A stretch of DNA of 63,241 nt, filler included, from Octopus bimaculoides (Eukaryota), in assembly GCF_001194135.2 (NCBI RefSeq). It is 8 parts of 8 records of this genome, joined end to end, with 100 filler letters (N's around TTAATTAATTAA, not from the genome) between each part and the next. Parts side by side here need not be neighbours in the genome. Positions count along the whole stretch, not along the records: positions 35,945 to 40,569 come from NC_069007.1; positions 40,670 to 52,680 come from NC_068995.1; 6 more parts are not named here. One strand, given 5' to 3'. The translations under genes were made by a program, and so were the position numbers. Below, piece after piece: positions 37,701 through 50,263 of this stretch. Position 1 is the stretch's first letter. Each line of letters starts with the position of its first letter. The notes under the pieces were generated by a model, which worked only from the letters and a program-made list of their open reading frames with translations, was not told the origin of the DNA and did not search any database.

Positions 37701-38667
37701 GTAGAATACAGAATTACTGTAAAGCAAGTCATTCACCCATCTTGAAATCTGTGACCAACGAGGATACTGGTCAAAGAATATCAAATACAATGAAAGGAAA
37801 TAAGTTGAATCATTCTTTTTCGAATCATTCCATAGTGTTCAATAGTTTGAAGACTAATATATTGGATATATTGGTTCCTGACTAAAAAAAAACAAACCTG
37901 TAAGGAATCACAAGTCATAGTTGGAAAGTCCTTAAGGCTGAGTCTACTGAAGAAGGGACTGAAATGGCGTTACATACACAACATCAATGAAGCCGTACCA
38001 TGACTCTATGGTCTAAAAGTTCCATTTTTTTTATTGTTGTTCAATCCTATGTTGTAATCTTGATGCCTTATGATGAAAACCGTTCCAATCCCCTGACCAT
38101 CACGTCATTTTTCCGTACACACACAAACACACACACAAAGGAATATTAATTGACAACTCAATTTATGCTACGTATGTTTCCATAGCATGGCTATTTATTC
38201 ATTAATACATAACATTTCATTACTACGTAGCCACACCACTTCATCAGACGATTTCAAACATTTTGATAAAAGTCAATTTTCAGAAATGCGTATGCGTGTG
38301 TAAAAACTCTAAACCATTCCTAAACTTTTCTTTCTAAAAGTTCAATAAATATGCTGTGAAATTCTTCATACATTAATATATATATATCAATGTTTCCATA
38401 CATTTTTTGTTTAAGATAATAGCTTATAATTTGATAAAAGTTTGCTTGTTCTTTCAAGTGGGTCGGCTGATGTATTTAGACGCTTCTTTCTTCGACTGGT
38501 CTCAAGTTTGTATCTTTGCTGAAGGCGTCGAGCCGTGTCCTTTTTCCATCATGCAGTGTAAACTCTTAATCCATCGAAAATTATTACTCACAATTAATAA
38601 CAAGATAACAACAACAACAACAACAATAATAATAATGATTATAATAATGATGATAATAATAATTATA

Positions 38668-39240
38668 AATGCAGTACCAGGTAGTGGCTTTCATGGCTTC
38701 TGATCTTAACTGATTGGAAGTGTTATCATGTACATTGTTTTGTCTTGGTATAAAAAGATGGACTACAGCAAATATTCTGCTCAATACCACAGATTTTCGT
38801 GTCAGTTGTTTGACCTTAACCAGTTGAGCATGTCCCTTAATGGCTGAGGATAAGTGCATCTCTGATCACGAGCAGAAGTAGTGGGGGAGCATCATAGCCA
38901 TGTGTTGAGAGGAATTCTTTGGGGTTTGAATAATTCACCTCTGGAAGCATGGGTGTTTTGCTCAACATCCTTAAACAAACCTTATTCAGGGACCTTTTGA
39001 GCGGGATGAGCTACTCGGCCTGAAGAAAATTCTAACTGGACCCCCACTTACGACGTCATGCACTGTTTATCTTGATACAAGATCACCATGTCGCGCACAT
39101 GTGGTTGTGATGCATGTGCCTGGTGTACACTTATCAGACGGGTAGTCATGGTGGGTACAATGGGCTTCGTATATTTGTACCTCAGTGTCACCTTGATAGC
39201 ACATACTGCCCTCTCATTCAATAATAATAATAATAATAAT
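38668..39240 (+). mobile_element. About 570-bp non-coding interspersed element embedded in TAA repeats
   Basis: GC-richer block with sharp borders, preceded by a CAA/TAA-rich tract and ending CTCTCATTC(AAT)n. No ORF and no tRNA head. Confidence 0.55.
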
Positions 39241-39458
39241 ATACACACTCACACACGCAAACACTTACACACACACATAACAGAATGAGATTATAAACAC
39301 GCTCCAAAACACACGTGTATATATAAATATAATCTAAACAATATATTTGGCAATACAAATAACACCAACAAAACAAACCAAGATGGTTTCATGCTTAAAT
39401 AAGCAATCAGCATCCATTGTTATTACCAACATCATCTCGCCAATTATTACATTTTACG

Positions 39459-39459
<1 letters not shown>

Positions 39460-39509
<50 letters not shown>

Positions 39510-40397
39510 TTACTACTACTACTACTACTACTACTTATTGTTATAGCTGAGTCTACCGGCTTCCTTCACTTTATTTTGCTTCTTCCCCTCTTTTCTTTCC
39601 TTTTTCGAATTTCACTTCATTCACTTCTTTTTTTATTGTTATTGTTGCTGATGATGTTGTTGTTGTTGTTGTTGTTGTTCTTCTTCTTCTTCTTCTTCTT
39701 CTTCTTCTTCATCCTCCTTTTTTCTTCTTTGTTTACATTCTGTTTTCTTCGTTTTCATTCTTCTTCTTCTTCTTCTTCTTCTTCTTCTTCTTCTTCTTCT
39801 TCTTCTTCTTCTTCCTTCTTCTTCTTCATGGTGGCGGTGGTAGTGTTGGGGGACAGAACCATGGTAACGACGAACACGACTGAGATGGCGACGAAAGGGC
39901 AAAGCAGTTTCGGCGCCGCCGAACACGATGGTCCCAATTGTTGCTGTTGTTGTTGCTAATGGTGATGGTGATGATAGTGGTGAAGGATGGGGGCCAGGGT
40001 GATTGTTGTTGTTGTTGTTGTTTGTGGTGGTGGTGGTCATGGTAGTATCGATGGCGTTAGGGCAGAATGATGGTAACGACAATTGTGAATATGATAGAGG
40101 CGGCGAGGATGGTGGAGACGGTGCTGGTGCCGACGATAATATTGGTGGTGGTGGTGGTGGTGGTGGTAGTGGTAGTAGTAGTTATATGTTAGCAATCATT
40201 ATTATACATTGTTGTTGTTGTTGTTGTGGTTGTCATGGCTGCTGTTTACATCTACAATGCCACCATCACTTCCTATTGTGGTTGTCAGCATAATTGTAGG
40301 ATAATGGCAGTTATTAACAGTTAGTTATGTTGTTTGGAAACTGTCTCCTTGTTAATGATGCTGTAGCAGCGGCAGCAGCGGCAGCAGCATCAGCAGC

Positions 40398-40448
<51 letters not shown>

Positions 40449-40470
40449 CGTTGTAGTAGTAGTAGTAGTA
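39460..40470. repeat. Compound trinucleotide microsatellite field (CTA, TTG, TTC, GGT, GCA, GTA)
   Basis: Seen directly in the sequence. Confidence 0.9.
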
Positions 40471-40669
40471 GTGCTGATGTCGGCGTCTGATTGTTTTGCA
40501 AGGAAATCAGGTGGTGTTCAAGTTAGTTTCAATTCGTAGTTGGTTCTCCCATTCTCCTCTATGTGTGTGNNNNNNNNNNNNNNNNNNNNNNNNNNNNNNN
40601 NNNNNNNNNNNNNTTAATTAATTAANNNNNNNNNNNNNNNNNNNNNNNNNNNNNNNNNNNNNNNNNNNN

Positions 40670-40704
<35 letters not shown>

Positions 40705-42185
40705 CGTATATACATATATATGAAATGTCTATGTTACCACCAGCCCTAGACACGTAATCATTAACATGATCTCCATTATTCTCCTCTCTCAGTGCACACC
40801 TCATTAAAATGCAATCACCGACTTGTTATGTCTGTGTGTCGTTTACCTCTAGCTAAATGTACGTAATAACTGCCATAAACCGAACAGGAATAACAGCGGA
40901 TGATTCAATACTTTTTTTTTTCTCTAGCCATAGATAATTCAGATGGGAGAGGCGGTCACAGGGGTGGTGTAAGCTTCGAATCCGGGCACCCTAATTCTAT
41001 TTTGAAACGAAATGAACAGGGACAGATAAGTCATGTGTATTATATATACATCATGCATTTGTATGTATATAGACATACATATACATGCATGTGTGTGTGT
41101 GTGTGTGTTTGTGTGGGGGAGTGCGCGCACGTATATAATATAAATACATTTATATAGAGAGAGAGATAGATTGAAAGTTATAGAAATATATGTATAGGTT
41201 TGTATATGCACGTTTATATATATATATATATATATATNNNNNNNNNNNNNNNNNNNNNNNNNNNNNNNNNNNNNNNNNNNNNNNNNNNNNNNNNNNNNNN
41301 NNNNNNNNNNNNNNNNNNNNNNNNNNNNNNNNNNNNNNNNNNNNNNNNNNNNNNNNNNNNNNNNNNNNNNNNNNNNNNNNNNNNNNNNNNNNNNNNNNNN
41401 NNNNNNNNNNNNNNNNNNNNNNNNNNNNNNNNNNNNNNNNNNNNNNNNNNNNNNNNNNNNNNNNNNNNNNNNNNNNNNNNNNNNNNNNNNNNNNNNNNNN
41501 NNNNNNNNNNNNNNNNNNNNNNNNNNNNNNNNNNNNNNNNNNNNNNNNNNNNNNNNNNNNNNNNNNNNNNNNNNNNNNNNNNNNNNNNNNNNNNNNNNNN
41601 NNNNNNNNNNNNNNNNNNNNNNNNNNNNNNNNNNNNNNNNNNNNNNNNNNNNNNNNNNNNNNNNNNNNNNNNNNNNNNNNNNNNNNNNNNNNNNNNNNNN
41701 NNNNNNNNNNNNNNNNNNNNNNNNNNNNNNNNNNNNNNNNNNNNNNNNNNNNNNNNNNNNNNNNNNNNNNNNNNNNNNNNNNNNNNNNNNNNNNNNNNNN
41801 NNNNNNNNNNNNNNNNNNNNNNNNNNNNNNNNNNNNNNNNNNNNNNNNNNNNNNNNNNNNNNNNNNNNNNNNNNNNNNNNNNNNNNNNNNNNNNNNNNNN
41901 NNNNNNNNNNNNNNNNNNNNNNNNNNNNNNNNNNNNNNNNNNNNNNNNNNNNNNNNNNNNNNNNNNNNNNNNNNNNNNNNNNNNNNNNNNNNNNNNNNNN
42001 NNNNNNNNNNNNNNNNNNNNNNNNNNNNNNNNNNNNNNNNNNNNNNNNNNNNNNNNNNNNNNNNNNNNNNNNNNNNNNNNNNNNNNNNNNNNNNNNNNNN
42101 NNNNNNNNNNNNNNNNNNNNNNNNNNNNNNNNNNNNNNNNNNNNNNNNNNNNNNNNNNNNNNNNNNNNNNNNNNNNNNNNNNNNN

Positions 42186-42224
<39 letters not shown>

Positions 42225-43516
42225 TATTATATCTTTTTTGAGGAGCAGGATTTTGCTAAGTATTTCAATTGTATGGCTTTCATCGAGTGTAGCTTCCATA
42301 AGTATTTCTCTACGTAATTGTGATATCCTTAACCGGTTGTGTGTACGTTTTCTTGTCTGTTACAGTGTATTACTCCTCTTATTTCAGATAATATGTGGCT
42401 GGAAGAAAAGTTGCACTCCCTACATATAATGACTACGTCTAGAATCAATGTCCGTATTTGTGAATGGCAGCTTTTCTGAACCACTATACAACACTCCTGG
42501 CATACAGATATTATTTTATATAAGTTAAAACAAGTAAGTTGTTGGTGTGGTCGGAAAAAGATGTTGTTTACAAATGAGGATACAACATCCGATACATTCT
42601 ACCTATCCTCATTTCCGGATTCCTCAATTGCGATGTACATGTTGGAGACATGCTTCCGTGGTAAGAAATGGATCAAGGTTCTAAGTTTTGTTCTACAGTG
42701 AAGCAGAACACGTCTTAGACAGGTAAATTTTGGTATGCAGATTATTGCCTGCTGACGAACACCTTCTAAATTGATTTCATAGACCAAGACTCTGTGCGTG
42801 TTCATTCATATATGTGTACATAAGAATGTGCTGTGTTTTTGGTGCAAAAAAAAAAACCCAGTACAGGAACGGAATATAACATGACGGTCTTGAATGTTTA
42901 CAAGGTGGTCTACACTGAAGAGGCTCATGGATTAATTTCCCAAAAGTCGAAATTCGGACATGTAAATGTCCTAAACGGAAGCATTCTCTTATGATTATTG
43001 TCATGTTTTGATTATTTTCTTATTTCGTTTTTGGATTTGGTTTGCAAGATTCTTTATGTGAGTTCGTGTATTGAAGCATATTCTGTTGTGTCTGGGGAGG
43101 GTCATTTTCTTTTTGTGCCTTATAATTTAACACACTCACTGGTAAAATTTCCACTTATTCCTTATTTTTATTTTCCTAAAATTTTCGTTGCGTGTTGCAA
43201 ACTTTTCAATAATCTTCACTCTGTCCGTTATTTACGCTGCGTTCCTTTTTGTTTGTTTGTGTGCATGTGTATGGGTCAGTGTGTGTGTGTGTGCCTATGC
43301 ATGTATGTATGTATTTATGTATGTATGCATGTGTGTGCATGTATATATGTGTGTATGCATATGTATATAAGTATGCTTATGTGTACATCTGTATGTATGT
43401 ATTCTATATATTTCATGCGCTTGCGTATTATTCGTGTTTGTGTGTGTTTCAAAAATGTGTGTGTTTGCATGTGTTTGTATATGTATGCACCTCTGTCTCC
43501 TTGTGTGTGCATGTCT

Positions 43517-43623
<107 letters not shown>

Positions 43624-44558
43624 GCAACTATGTACCGTGTTTGTATGTATGGATGTGCATCTCCATATTTGTGGACACGTGTCTCCATATATGTCCTTGT
43701 GTGAAGTCAAGTGTTGCCAGACTAAAATATGCTGATGATGTCAAATAAGCCAAAACACTTGTCCAGTGTTGTCTTCTGCTGCTATCAAAGTAGATGAGTA
43801 ATCTCACTTTTTGTCTTCTTTCAAATGCGAATATTAATTATAATTCTTATATTAGGAACAAATTTACCATTCCTATGTATATTTTAGAATAAATTATATA
43901 GAATTTTGTTCTTAATGCCAATGTGATTATTTAGATAGTATATGTTTTAACATATTTAATGTTCAATTAAACATGTTAAATGTTAAACAACGGAATGATT
44001 TAAAGAATATAATAATTGAAACATGCTTCGATAAAAGGATGAGTAATTTATATTCTAATTCAAGCGCTTTTGAGTTTTCATCGGGTGATATCATTGATTA
44101 TAAATATTAATAAGATAATGAACTATCGATGAGGAATATGCTTCGAAGAGAACACGGAACAAAACATGGAGGATCTATCTATCTATCTATCTATCTATTT
44201 GTGTGTGTGTGTCTGTCTATCTGTCTTTCTATCTATTTATATGTCTGCCTGTCTGTCTGATTATCTGTATATCTATCTGTCAGTCAGTCTCTCTCTCTCG
44301 CTCTCTCTCTCTCTCTTCCTCTCCATCTATCTATCTATTTATCTAGCTATCTACCTACGCTGTTGGTATGCTTACTTCCCGTCACTTAGCGGTTCGACAA
44401 TAAGAGATCCGATAGAATAAGCAGCCCGTTTAAGAGAAAGCGAAACAAAATAGGCTCTAGAATTGACTCGATTGAGTAACATTCTTGAAGGCATTTTACC
44501 TGCATGACTGTAGTGTAATAACTGAGGGAAAACACAAAAGACAATATATGTGCGTGTG

Positions 44559-44598
<40 letters not shown>

Positions 44599-44770
44599 NN
44601 NNNNNNNNNNNNNNNNNNNNNNNNNNNNNNNNNNNNNNNNNNNNNNNNNNNNNNNNNNNNNNNNNNNNNNNNNNNNNNNNNNNNNNNNNNNNNNNNNNNN
44701 NNNNNNNNNNNNNNNNNNNNNNNNNNNNNNNNNNNNNNNNNTGTGTATATATATATATATATATATATAT

Positions 44771-44808
<38 letters not shown>

Positions 44809-44869
44809 TGCATATATGTATATATATATATGTGTACATATATAGATATCCTTGTCAGGAGCAGTATGC

Positions 44870-45011
44870 TAATCATCATCATCACGAACACCAACACCAA
44901 CAACACCAACATCACCACCATCATTATGATCATCATCGCCATCATCATCATCATCATCACCACCATCATCATCATCATCATCGTCATCATCATCATCATC
45001 ATCACCACCAC

Positions 45012-45081
<70 letters not shown>

Positions 45082-45629
45082 TTCTTCTTCGTCATCAAAT
45101 TTTCCCCATGATTCTTAGTTCCTTCGTTTTCGTCTTCCTTCTCCTCTAACGCATTCTGCGGTTTTTCTTTCAGCCTCTTCTCATTCTTTCATCACAGACG
45201 TTTCATCGTCTCTTCTTCTTCTTCATCTTCGTCCCACACTCTCCTCATACCAACCTCCCATTCCTTCCTCCCCCACATTTCTCTTCACCCTTTCTGTCTT
45301 TCTTTCTCTCTCTTTCTCGTCCCCCATCCTCCTCCCCCCACTCTCTCTCTCTCTTCCCCGTTTTTCCTCCCATTCGTTCTTCCTGTTATTTTCAAACTAT
45401 TTTGTCCGACATCAACCAATAAACAGTGTCATAGTTAGTGGCAGTTATGAAGGTAGTGGTGGTAGTGGTTGTAGTGTAAGTGGTAGCAGTAGTGGTGGTG
45501 GTGGTTCTGCTGCTGCTGATGACTTCGTCGTTGGTGGTACTGCTGATGGTAGTGATGGTGCTGCGGTCAATAATGAGTGAAATTGAAAACTGCTACGTCA
45601 ACCATAGTTGATATAACAGTTGTTGTTGC

Positions 45630-45660
<31 letters not shown>

Positions 45661-45662
45661 GC

Positions 45663-45703
<41 letters not shown>

Positions 45704-45935
45704 GATGCCTTTGTTGTTGTTGTCAGTGTTGTTGCTGTGGTTGCAGCTATACTTGTGTCTGTCATCGTGGCTGTTATTGATGATGTTGTTTCTGCGGATG
45801 CTGCTGTTGTTTTTGTAATTATTTTCATTGTTGCTGTTCTTGCTGCTGCTCTTGTTAATATTGTTGCTGTTGTCACTGATGTTGCTGTTGTTGTTGTTGT
45901 TGTTGTTGCTGTCGTTGTCATTGTTGTTGTTGTCA
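44870..45935. repeat. Compound trinucleotide microsatellite field (CAT/CAC, CGT, CTT, GGT, TTG/CTG)
   Basis: Seen directly in the sequence. Confidence 0.9.
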
Positions 45936-46931
45936 AGAGCCAGACAGGTCCTGTTGATCCATTCCTTAGCGAGCAGTATTTGACCTCACCTGATCAACGG
46001 TACTGACCCGATTGCAGAAATTCAATTATGTTTTCGCTGTTATTTGGTAGGCTTCACGTTCAGTCGTGGACGTAATTCAATATTTGCAAGTAATTAATAC
46101 CCAGAGTAAACGCTGGGCTCGAAATTAATTATCGATCCGAACATTTTTCCCCTACTTCGTTCCATTCATTCGTTTTGTTCGCCATCTTATTGCAAGTTCC
46201 ACAACTTCGAATTCCCCTTCCACATACCATTCTTTTTGTTTTTGTTCGGTTCTCTTCTACTGTACTTAGACCAACAAAACTTTCCCCAGCGACACGACTA
46301 ACACATCACCAATTACTCTTGTATGTTCATCTGGATTTCAATATTCTATAAACATCCTACATTTTATTATTGGTATTCTATACACTACTTAACTGGCCTC
46401 TTCTATTTATGTTATACCATAATATTTAACAGTCTCTCTCCTTCGTTCACGCACACACACACAGAGGCACAAACATACATATATGTATTATCTAGTAACC
46501 ACGATATATATTTTTTATGATCTACTCTTAGTTTCATGCGAAGAAAACATCTTAGCATTTTTTTAACATGTCTGGTGCGTGCATGCAATTCTTAACCTGT
46601 GCTCACGTGGCATAACAAGCTAAAACAAAACTATAGGATGAGAGAAAAAAACGAGTAAAGGCGAAAAGGAAGCAGATGTAAATAGTCGAAGGTTGAAAAA
46701 CTCAGAAAACCAAAAAAAAAAAAGAAACAAGACTGAAGATTAGAGTTATGCCCCCTTTGGGGGATAGTGGCCTACAGTATGCGGCACAATTTTTAATCCG
46801 GAGATTGTATATACATATATACAGTAATGTCAGTTATGATAAAAACAATTTTACATTGATCTGATGGTTTATTCAATATTATGCACCTTTTGTAGAGTAC
46901 AAATTTATTATTCTTATTCAAGAATATTGTT

Positions 46932-46978
46932 GATAGCGACTTCGAAGTTTCGGCCAGCTAAGCCATCACTTGACTGTC
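46932..46978 (-). ncRNA. Degenerate minimal type I hammerhead ribozyme motif (Penelope-like LTR type)
   Basis: Minus strand GACAGT-CAAGTGA-T-GGCT TAGCT GGCC-GAAAC-TTCGAA-GTC-GCTATC. Stems I and II pair, stem III has a palindromic loop, and the GUC site is present; the CUGANGA core has 3 substitutions. Confidence 0.5.
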
Positions 46979-47055
46979 CAACGATGGGTTTGGAATTCAC
47001 TGTCAACCATAATCTTGTATAACAATAGTAAATATAAGTACATGTATAGTTGTGT

Positions 47056-47280
47056 GGAGGTGCGTGGATTAGTGGTTATGGTGCTGGACTCATGATCGTG
47101 AGATTGTGGTTTCGATTCCTAGACCGGGCGATGCATTTTGTTCTATAGCAAATCACTTCATTTCACGTTGCTCCAGTCCACTCAGCTAGCAAAAAGGAGT
47201 AACGCTGTGACGGGTCGGCGTCCCGTCCAGGTGGGGGATATATACTCCACTAAAACCGGGAGACCAACCCCCATGCAACT
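47056..47280 (+). mobile_element. tRNA-derived SINE family C (V-domain-like tail)
   Basis: GCGTGGATTAGTGGTT...GTTTCGATTCC head, CACTTCATTTCACGTTGCTCCAGTCCACTCAGCT body, GGCGTCCCGTCCAGG motif. Confidence 0.7.
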
Positions 47281-48230
47281 GGAATGGATCGAGAAGGAAA
47301 CATTTAATATATTATAGACGCAGAAGTGGCTGTGTGGTACGGAGCTTGCTTCCTAACCACATGCTCCCTGGTTCAGGTCCATAACGTGGCACCTTGGGAC
47401 GACCGAAGTCTTGTGAGTGGATCTGGTGGGGATAACCCGATGAAAACGGTTTTTATCTAATGATATAATAGCTTCAAATAATTCGTTGGAAACAGCTGTA
47501 GTGACTTGACACATTAACCATTTGTTTTTATATATATGTTTTTATATATATGTATAATATATATANNNNNNNNNNNNNNNNNNNNNNNNNNNNNNNNNNN
47601 NNNNNNNNNNNNNNNNNNNNNNNNNNNNNNNNNNNNNNNNNNNNNNNNNNNNNNNNNNNNNNNNNNNNNNNNNNNNNNNNNNNNNNNNNNNNNNNNNNNN
47701 NNNNNNNNNNNNNNNNNNNNNNNNNNNNNNNNNNNNNNNNNNNNNNNNNNNNNNNNNNNNNNNNNNNNNNNNNNNNNNNNNNNNNNNNNNNNNNNNNNNN
47801 NNNNNNNNNNNNNNNNNNNNNNNNNNNNNNNNNNNNNNNNNNNNNNNNNNNNNNNNNNNNNNNNNNNNNNNNNNNNNNNNNNNNNNNNNNNNNNNNNNNN
47901 NNNNNNNNNNNNNNNNNNNNNNNNNNNNNNNNNNNNNNNNNNNNNNNNNNNNNNNNNNNNNNNNNNNNNNNNNNNNNNNNNNNNNNNNNNNNNNNNNNNN
48001 NNNNNNNNNNNNNNNNNNNNNNNNNNNNNNNNNNNNNNNNNNNNNNNNNNNNNNNNNNNNNNNNNNNNNNNNNNNNNNNNNNNNNNNNNNNNNNNNNNNN
48101 NNNNNNNNNNNNNNNNNNNNNNNNNNNNNNNNNNNNNNNNNNNNNNNNNNNNNNNNNNNNNNNNNNNNNNNNNNNNNNNNNNNNNNNNNNNNNNNNNNNN
48201 NNNNNNNNNNNNNNNNNTATATATATATAT

Positions 48231-48365
48231 ATCGGCAAAAGAGACCGAAAGAATAAGTACTAGGCTTACAAAGAATAAATCCTGGGGTCGATTTCTTCGA
48301 GTTGAGGCGGTGCTTCGGCATGGTTGCAGTCAAATGACTGAATCAAATAAAAGAATTAAAGAATA
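48231..48365 (+). mobile_element. SINE family A, 3' part
   Basis: CGGCAAAAGAGACCGAAAGAATAAGTACTAGGCTTACAAAGAATAAATCCTGGGGTCG. Confidence 0.85.
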
Positions 48366-48478
48366 TACTCATTTATATATGTACGACTAAGCACAGCTGC
48401 AAAGTAGGGAGGAAAGTAATAGTACTCGAGTACTGAAGATAGAGTAATATGTATTTATTAAAGCTTAATAAATCTTTA

Positions 48479-48596
48479 CAAACTGTTGCTCAGAGTTTCA
48501 CGTTACCGTTCGTCGGACAGATGTGATGGAAGCTCAATTTCAGTATGATCACATTTCTTCGACGGATGGTAACGTGAAGCTCTGAGTACCAGTTTG
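48479..48596. ncRNA. Inverted pair of degenerate minimal hammerhead motifs
   Basis: Left arm (minus) CTGT-CCGACGA-ACG GTAA CGT-GAAAC-TCTGA-GCA-ACAG; right arm (plus) TCGACGG-ATG GTAA CGT-GAAGC-TCTGA-GTA-CCAG. Confidence 0.55.
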
Positions 48597-48765
48597 AGAA
48601 AATTTTTTTCACCTTATATTAGTATACAAACACATATATATATTAGTGTGTGTGTGTGTGGTTGTGTGCCTGGGTGTGTGTGAGGGTGTGCCGTATATAT
48701 ACATATATGTATATACATGTATATACATACATATATATATATATATACATATATATGTATGTATG

Positions 48766-48831
<66 letters not shown>

Positions 48832-49578
48832 CACATAACACTATATTAGAGACACAAGCATATATATATATATGTGCGTTTGTGAGTATGTATGTATAGG
48901 CATGTGAGTATATAAGTGGGAAGAAAGGTCAAATATATGACATAATAGATCAAACAAGAACAAGACAGGAGGAGAAAAAACACCATATTAGACAGCGCTG
49001 TTATGAAGAAATAAAATCTTATACAAAATAACTAAATGATAATTTTTTTAGACGCTGTTGGATAGAAAATTATATTATGGGTAAACTTGGTAACCCCGAC
49101 ATATTATATAACTGCACTAGATGTAGTCTAACAGTTAAAAATACCGTAACCGTATACTCAAACATAAAACCTTTCTTAATTACATTAATTATCGCCGCGT
49201 AAAGTCGACAAATATGGCGGAAGAGAGAGGAAGAGGAACAGTGACAGGGTGAAGAAAGTGTGACGCGGGAAGGAATAAACTTTCTTCTTGTAACTAACCC
49301 TTAACAGATTTTAACCTCTCCCAAAACATATCCTTGGGTATGTGTGGGTTGCTTATTGTGTGACTGTAATTGGGTGAGATTATGTGTATGTCTGTGAGAG
49401 AGAGAAAAAATATATAGAGAGAGAGATAGACATAGAGAGAGAGATAGAAATAGAGAGAGTGTGTGTATGTATAGTGCGTGAGAGAGAGTGTATATTTGTA
49501 TATATTTTTTATGTGAGTGTATAGCAAAAAGTGTGTGTATATATATATATATACATACATACATACATACATACACAC

Positions 49579-49629
<51 letters not shown>

Positions 49630-50066
49630 TGTTTGTTTTTTTTGTGTATAGCTTCAATTTGGTCCTTTACTGTTCCGATTTGAAGTTTTGCAATATGTGT
49701 GTATGTATATTTTTGTGCGTATATACGTGTGTCAATATGTATGTATGTATGTATGTGTGGTGTGTGAATGTGTGTATGTGTGCATATATGAATGTGTGTA
49801 TGTGTGCATATATGAATGTGTGTCTCTGTATGTATAAGATCCAGTATGTATATGCACTTGGGTGATTGTCGGTGTGCATGTGTATGTCACATAGAACTCT
49901 TTACCTAAAAGCCAACCAGAAAAAAAACTAATAAAAACAAAAATAGACAAGTCGAATGGAAATTAGATTACCACCACCACCACCACCACCAATACAACAA
50001 ACACTACAACAGCTACCACTAAAGTTGCTGATGCTACAGATCAAGCTGCTAGGGTTGCTATTGCGG

Positions 50067-50115
<49 letters not shown>

Positions 50116-50214
50116 CATTACCACTGCTGCTGCTTTTTACATACGATGAGAATATTTTAATCCTAAACACATAACAATAGGGAAATAAAGTAGTTTCAAG
50201 TAATCTTCATTAAC

Positions 50215-50263
<49 letters not shown>

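Noticed and set aside
42699-42722. Possible 24-nt plus-strand micro-exon (CTACAG|...|GTAAAT)
   Set aside because: The splice signals are weak and expected by chance in 63 kb; there is no supporting neighbouring exon.
42599-42805. 68-aa minus-strand ORF as a FREM-like downstream exon
   Set aside because: No CSPG-repeat motifs and no fitting phase-2 acceptor.
43700-43790. LKYADDVK motif
   Set aside because: Possibly a tiny LINE RT remnant, but too short to support a call.
44808-45149. Poly-His/poly-Arg ORF and similar poly-L, E, S, T, V ORFs (39417-40539, 45598-46006, 49928-50174)
   Set aside because: These are translations of trinucleotide microsatellites with no splice or domain support.
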